Assembly: GCA_902597335.1 (NCBI GenBank)
Contig: CACJXK010000004.1
Location: 57,981 to 121,980 of the forward strand
Length of the DNA: 64,000 nucleotides
Direction of reading: 5' to 3'
DNA from: an uncultured Pelagibacteraceae bacterium
Lineage (GTDB): Bacteria; Pseudomonadota; Alphaproteobacteria; Pelagibacterales; Pelagibacteraceae
Shown here: piece by piece, positions 59,279 through 64,000 of the stretch
How positions within the stretch are numbered: the first letter of the stretch is position 1
How the letters are laid out: each line of letters begins with the position of its first letter
Program-made: the position numbers and the translations under genes
Notes under the pieces: generated by a model
Database searches by the model: none
What the model saw: only the letters and a program-made list of their open reading frames with translations
Told to the model about the DNA's origin: nothing

Positions 59279-61192
59279 ATGGAATACCTAATTTTGTTTC
59301 TACCTCTTATAGGATCTGTAATTAGTGGTTTTTTTGGAAAGAAAATAGGTGACAAAAATTCCCAAGTTTTAACAAGTTCATTTGTGGGTATTTCAGCAAT
59401 ACTCTCTTTAGTTGTTTTGTATAAAGTTATTAGTTCGGACTATTCAAACAATCTTGTAGTAGCTACCTGGATTAACTCTGGAACTTTAAATGTTAATTGG
59501 TCGATAAAAATTGACTCCTTATCAGCAGTTATGTTTGTTGTGGTAAATTTTGTTTCAGCTTTAGTTCATATTTACTCAATTGGATACATGTCACATGATC
59601 CTCACAAAACTAGATTCATGGCATATTTATCATTGTTTACTTTTGCAATGTTAACTTTAGTAAGTTCAGATAACTTTATTCAACTATTTTTTGGATGGGA
59701 AGGTGTAGGCTTATGCTCATATTTTTTAATTGGATTTTGGTTTAAAAAAGAGAGTGCAAACAAAGCTGCAATAAAAGCCTTTGTTGTTAACAGAGTTGGT
59801 GACTTTGGTTTAGCTCTTGGAATTTTTCTGATTTTTTATGTTTTTGGTACAGTCAATTATGATGAGGTTTTTGAACAAATTCCAAATGTTTTAGATAAAG
59901 AAATTAATTTCATTGGCATTAATATAGAAATTATTGATTTGATTTGTTTGCTTCTATTAATTGGAGCAATGGGTAAATCAGCTCAATTTTTATTACACAC
60001 TTGGTTGCCCGATGCTATGGAGGGCCCAACGCCAGTATCAGCATTAATTCATGCAGCAACAATGGTAACAGCAGGGGTATTCCTGATTGTCAGATGCTCA
60101 CATATATATGAATACTCTCCATTAGCTCTCACAGTTATAACCATAATTGGAATGACTACTGCTTTCTTTGCGGCAACAGTTGCACTTGTTCAAAATGATA
60201 TAAAAAAAATTATTGCTTATTCTACGTGTAGTCAATTGGGCTATATGTTTTTTGCCGCTGGAGTAGGCGCTTACAATGTTGCAATGTTTCATCTATTTAC
60301 ACATGCCTTTTTTAAAGCTTTACTATTTTTAGGAGCCGGTGCTGTAATTCATTCATTTCATGAGGAACAAGATATAAATAAAATGGGTGGAGTTGTTAAG
60401 AAACTCCCATACACATATGTATTAATGCTTATTGGCACTCTTGCTTTAACAGGTTTTCCTTTTTTATCAGGTTTTTATTCTAAAGATGCAATAATAGAAT
60501 TTGCTTACCTAAGAGGAAATGGAATAGGAATATTTGCAGCTTTTATGGGTATTGTTACAGCTTTATTAACATCAATCTACTCTTGGAGACTTATATTTAA
60601 AACATTTCATGGTAATTTTAATAATAAAGATCTTAGTGTTGATAAAATACACGAGTCTTCTATGGTTATGATTGCCCCGTTAATAATCTTGGCAATAGGA
60701 GCTATTTTTGCAGGTATGGCGTTTAAAGATTTATTTATAGGGCATGAAATAGCATATGAATTTTGGGGTCAATCTATAAAATTTTTAGAACCACTCAGTA
60801 CAGATCATCCACCAACATGGTTTTTACTTTTAACACCTATACTAGTTACATCTGCAATTCCATTTTCATATTATTTGTATCTAAAAAATAAATACATAGT
60901 TTCAGGATTAAAAGAAATGAATGAACCAATTTACCAATTTTTAGTTAAAAAATGGTACTTTGATGAAATATACGATTACCTATTTGTTAATCCTTCAAAA
61001 AGAATTGGAAAGTTTTTATGGAAAAAAGTTGATGGATCAATAATAGATAAATTTGGTCCTGATGGTATTTCAAGTGTAATTAAAAATTTATCTATCAAGG
61101 CAGTGAAATTTCAATCCGGATTTATATATCAATATGCATTCGTTATGTTGATAGGTTTTTCAATTTTATTAACAATACTGATTTTAAATTAA
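59279..61192 (+). CDS. nuoL: NADH-quinone oxidoreductase subunit L
   Basis: GWEGVG.CSY.LIGFW, WLPDAMEGPTPVSALIHAATM and HAFFKALLF. Confidence 0.97.
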   Translation: MEYLILFLPLIGSVISGFFGKKIGDKNSQVLTSSFVGISAILSLVVLYKVISSDYSNNLVVATWINSGTLNVNWSIKIDSLSAVMFVVVNFVSALVHIYSIGYMSHDPHKTRFMAYLSLFTFAMLTLVSSDNFIQLFFGWEGVGLCSYFLIGFWFKKESANKAAIKAFVVNRVGDFGLALGIFLIFYVFGTVNYDEVFEQIPNVLDKEINFIGINIEIIDLICLLLLIGAMGKSAQFLLHTWLPDAMEGPTPVSALIHAATMVTAGVFLIVRCSHIYEYSPLALTVITIIGMTTAFFAATVALVQNDIKKIIAYSTCSQLGYMFFAAGVGAYNVAMFHLFTHAFFKALLFLGAGAVIHSFHEEQDINKMGGVVKKLPYTYVLMLIGTLALTGFPFLSGFYSKDAIIEFAYLRGNGIGIFAAFMGIVTALLTSIYSWRLIFKTFHGNFNNKDLSVDKIHESSMVMIAPLIILAIGAIFAGMAFKDLFIGHEIAYEFWGQSIKFLEPLSTDHPPTWFLLLTPILVTSAIPFSYYLYLKNKYIVSGLKEMNEPIYQFLVKKWYFDEIYDYLFVNPSKRIGKFLWKKVDGSIIDKFGPDGISSVIKNLSIKAVKFQSGFIYQYAFVMLIGFSILLTILILN

Positions 61193-62688
61193 TGAACTTT
61201 CCAATTTTATCATCTTTAATTTTGCTTCCAACAATTGGAGCTTTATTTATATTATTTACAAAATCATCAAGTGGAAAATATCAAAGTGCCAAATACGTAT
61301 CGTTGTTTATTTCATTAGCAAATTTTTTGTTGTCAATATATCTTTGGTATATCTTTGATAAAAATTCAGTAGACTTTCAATTTGTAGAAAATAGGGAGTG
61401 GTTATCAGGATTTATAAATTATAAAGTTGGAATAGATGGTATTTCAATTTTATTTGTAATATTAACAACTTTCATAACTCCAATTTGCATTATTTCAGTA
61501 AATGCTACAATTACAAATAGACTTAAGGATTTCTTGATTGCTATATTAATAATGGAAACATTTATGATTGGTGTTTTCTGCTCACTTGATCTAGTAGTAT
61601 TTTATTTATTTTTTGAGGCAGGTCTTATACCAATGTTCTTAATAATTGGTATTTGGGGTGGAGAAAGAAGAGTCTATTCAGCTTTTAAATTTTTTCTGTA
61701 CACTTTATTAGGATCAGTTCTTATGTTGGTTGCTATTATTTCAATTTATTGGATAACAGGAACCACTGATGTTGAAAAACTTTATGAACTTGGCATTAAG
61801 GCTGAATATCAAAATTTATTATGGTTAGCTTTTTTTAGTTCTTTTGCAGTTAAAACTCCTATGTGGCCAGTACATACGTGGCTACCAGATGCTCATGTAG
61901 AAGCTCCAACTGTTGGATCTGTATTACTAGCAGCAATATTACTTAAAATGGCAGGATATGGATTTATTAGATTTTCGATAGGATTATTTCCTTTAGCTTC
62001 TGAAAATTTTACAATGTTAGTTTATATCTTAAGTTTGATTGCAATTATTTACACATCTCTAGTTGCTTTAATGCAGGAGGATATGAAAAAACTCATAGCA
62101 TATTCCTCAGTTGCACATATGGGATTTGTAACACTAGGCATATTCACAATGACCCAACAAGGCATTGAGGGAAGTATTTTCCAAATGATTAGTCATGGAC
62201 TTGTATCTGCTGCACTTTTCTTAAGTGTTGGAGTTGTTTATGAAAGACATCATACAAGATTAATAAATAAATACGGTGGTTTAGTCTCCATAATGCCAAG
62301 ATATGCAATTGTTTTTATGGTATTCACATTAGGAGCTCTAGGACTACCTGGAACAACAGGTTTTATTGGAGAATTTTTAATTTTAATGGGCGCATTTGAG
62401 AAAAATATCTTAGTTGCGATGATTGCAAGTTTGGGAGTAATTTTAGGAGCAGCATATATGCTTTGGCTTTTTAAAAGAGTTGTTTTCGGCGAAATGAATA
62501 ATCAAGAGCTTAAAAGTATGAAAGATTTAAAAACTTTTGAAATTATCACTTTATCAGCTCTAGTTATACCAATTTTATTTTTTGGTTTTTATCCAGAGCC
62601 TTTAATGAATTCAATTGAAACATCAGTCGAGAATACTTTAAACATGTACAACTTTGACTTAATTAACAACCTTGCATCGAAAGACTGA
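61192..62688 (+). CDS. nuoM: NADH-quinone oxidoreductase subunit M
   Basis: HTWLPDAHVEAP, AYSSVAHMG and LPGT.GF.GE. Confidence 0.97.
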   Translation: MNFPILSSLILLPTIGALFILFTKSSSGKYQSAKYVSLFISLANFLLSIYLWYIFDKNSVDFQFVENREWLSGFINYKVGIDGISILFVILTTFITPICIISVNATITNRLKDFLIAILIMETFMIGVFCSLDLVVFYLFFEAGLIPMFLIIGIWGGERRVYSAFKFFLYTLLGSVLMLVAIISIYWITGTTDVEKLYELGIKAEYQNLLWLAFFSSFAVKTPMWPVHTWLPDAHVEAPTVGSVLLAAILLKMAGYGFIRFSIGLFPLASENFTMLVYILSLIAIIYTSLVALMQEDMKKLIAYSSVAHMGFVTLGIFTMTQQGIEGSIFQMISHGLVSAALFLSVGVVYERHHTRLINKYGGLVSIMPRYAIVFMVFTLGALGLPGTTGFIGEFLILMGAFEKNILVAMIASLGVILGAAYMLWLFKRVVFGEMNNQELKSMKDLKTFEIITLSALVIPILFFGFYPEPLMNSIETSVENTLNMYNFDLINNLASKD

Positions 62689-64000
62689 TGGAAAATTTTC
62701 AATATATATTACCTGAAATCTTCATATCGGTATCTATAATGATGTTTTTACTAGTTGGAGTTTTCAAAAAAAATAGTGCAACTTTAATTTATAATTTATC
62801 TACTATATCGTTAGTTATTTTATTAGCATTAATAATAAATCTGAGTTCATTTAATAAAATTTATTTATTCAACAACTCGTATTTAATTGACAATTTATCT
62901 AATTATATGAAGATTATACTAGTCGGATCTGGAATTTTTGTAATGCTAACTGGATCCAAATATATTCAAGTTATTAATTTAAATAAAATTGAATATCCAA
63001 TCCTTATTCTAAGCAGCATTTTAGGAATGATGATAATGATAAGTTCAAATGATTTAATTGTTTTTTACATGGGCCTTGAATTGCAATCATTAGCTTTGTA
63101 TGTTCTTGCATCTTTTAATAGGGATAATTTACTTTCTACAGAGTCTGGACTAAAATATTTTGTTCTTAGTGCATTATCATCTGGTTTGTTATTGTATGGA
63201 TGTTCATTAACTTATGGGTTTTCTGAAAGTACAAATTTTGATCAAATACTTATAAACTCTACTGAATTTAATTATGGCACCACGTTTGGGATAGTGTTTA
63301 TTTTAGTTGGTCTTGCATTTAAAATATCGGCTGTGCCTTTTCATATGTGGGCTCCAGATGTTTACCAAGGCTCCCCAACATCTGTAACATTATTTTTTGC
63401 TATACTTCCAAAAATAGCTGCACTCTCTGTATTCATTAAGTTTTTGTACACACCTTTTGCTAATATGAATGATCAGTGGCAAACAATAGTTGTTTTTATC
63501 TCAATAGCTTCAATGATATTTGGTGCCGTGGCAGCCATAGGTCAAAAAAACTTAAAAAGACTAATTGCTTATAGTTCAATCAGTCATATGGGTTATGCGT
63601 TGGCTGGGCTAGCAACAGTTAGCAACCAAGGAATACAAAGTTCTATTACTTATATATCTATTTATTTAGTTATGAATTTAGCCTTTTTTAGCTGCTTATT
63701 TATGCTTAAGAGAAATGATAAATATTATGAGAATATAGAGGATTTATCTGGACTTTCTAAAAAACATCCAATTTTGTCTTTCTCATTGTTGATAGTTTTA
63801 TTTTCTTTAGCAGGAATACCCCCGCTTGCAGGTTTTTTTGCAAAATTTTATGTATTCTTAGCTGTTATAGAGCAATCAATGTATTTTTTAGCAATTGTTG
63901 GATTACTAGCAACCGTCGTAGCAGCTTTTTATTATCTAAGAATTATAAAAATAATATATTTTGATCCAGAAAAAGACGAATACGAAAAATCACATAATCT
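62688..64000 (+). CDS. nuoN: NADH-quinone oxidoreductase subunit N (3'-truncated by the window, absent from the ORF track)
   Basis: ATG overlaps the nuoM TGA (MENFQYILPEI...). Contains LELQSL, ESGLKYF, FKISAVPFHMWAPDVYQG, AYSSISHMG and GIPPLAGF. Confidence 0.95.
   Translation, partial: MENFQYILPEIFISVSIMMFLLVGVFKKNSATLIYNLSTISLVILLALIINLSSFNKIYLFNNSYLIDNLSNYMKIILVGSGIFVMLTGSKYIQVINLNKIEYPILILSSILGMMIMISSNDLIVFYMGLELQSLALYVLASFNRDNLLSTESGLKYFVLSALSSGLLLYGCSLTYGFSESTNFDQILINSTEFNYGTTFGIVFILVGLAFKISAVPFHMWAPDVYQGSPTSVTLFFAILPKIAALSVFIKFLYTPFANMNDQWQTIVVFISIASMIFGAVAAIGQKNLKRLIAYSSISHMGYALAGLATVSNQGIQSSITYISIYLVMNLAFFSCLFMLKRNDKYYENIEDLSGLSKKHPILSFSLLIVLFSLAGIPPLAGFFAKFYVFLAVIEQSMYFLAIVGLLATVVAAFYYLRIIKIIYFDPEKDEYEKSHN

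Noticed and set aside
1-64000. CRISPR arrays, rRNA, prophage, IS elements, defence systems
   Set aside because: I saw no regularly spaced repeats or hallmark genes, and the spacers are too short to hide them.

Overview
Very AT-rich (roughly 30% GC by eye), gene-dense alphaproteobacterial chromosome segment with minimal intergenic spacers and many 1-14 nt gene overlaps. Gene content and composition are most consistent with SAR11/Pelagibacterales (inference). The right part (43.9-64 kb) is conserved core: tRNA-Leu, tig, clpP, clpX, lon, tRNA-Val, tRNA-Asp and nuoA-N (nuoN cut by the window end). The left ~44 kb is a catabolic/transport region. It contains a GcvT-family oxidoreductase, TauD, D-malate/tartrate dehydrogenase, guaC, a fluoroacetate-dehalogenase-like hydrolase and tldD/pmbA. 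It also holds a sugar/polyol ABC-dhaLK locus with a divergent Gfo/Idh/MocA + TIM-barrel pair, a GMC oxidoreductase, a Baeyer-Villiger monooxygenase, SDR/ALDH/mmsB, a TRAP transporter, an NCS1 permease and HpsO/HpsP-like dehydrogenases. I saw no rRNA, CRISPR, prophage, transposase or transcription-factor gene. The most striking non-coding signal is on the minus strand at ~12981-13093: a sigma70-type promoter whose predicted +1 is the first base of two tandem, covarying H-type pseudoknot units upstream of a 63-aa basic protein (candidate riboswitch/cis-regulatory RNA). Four genes missed or mis-started by the ORF track are added: 18695-18886, 41304-41441, 43457-43627 and nuoN.
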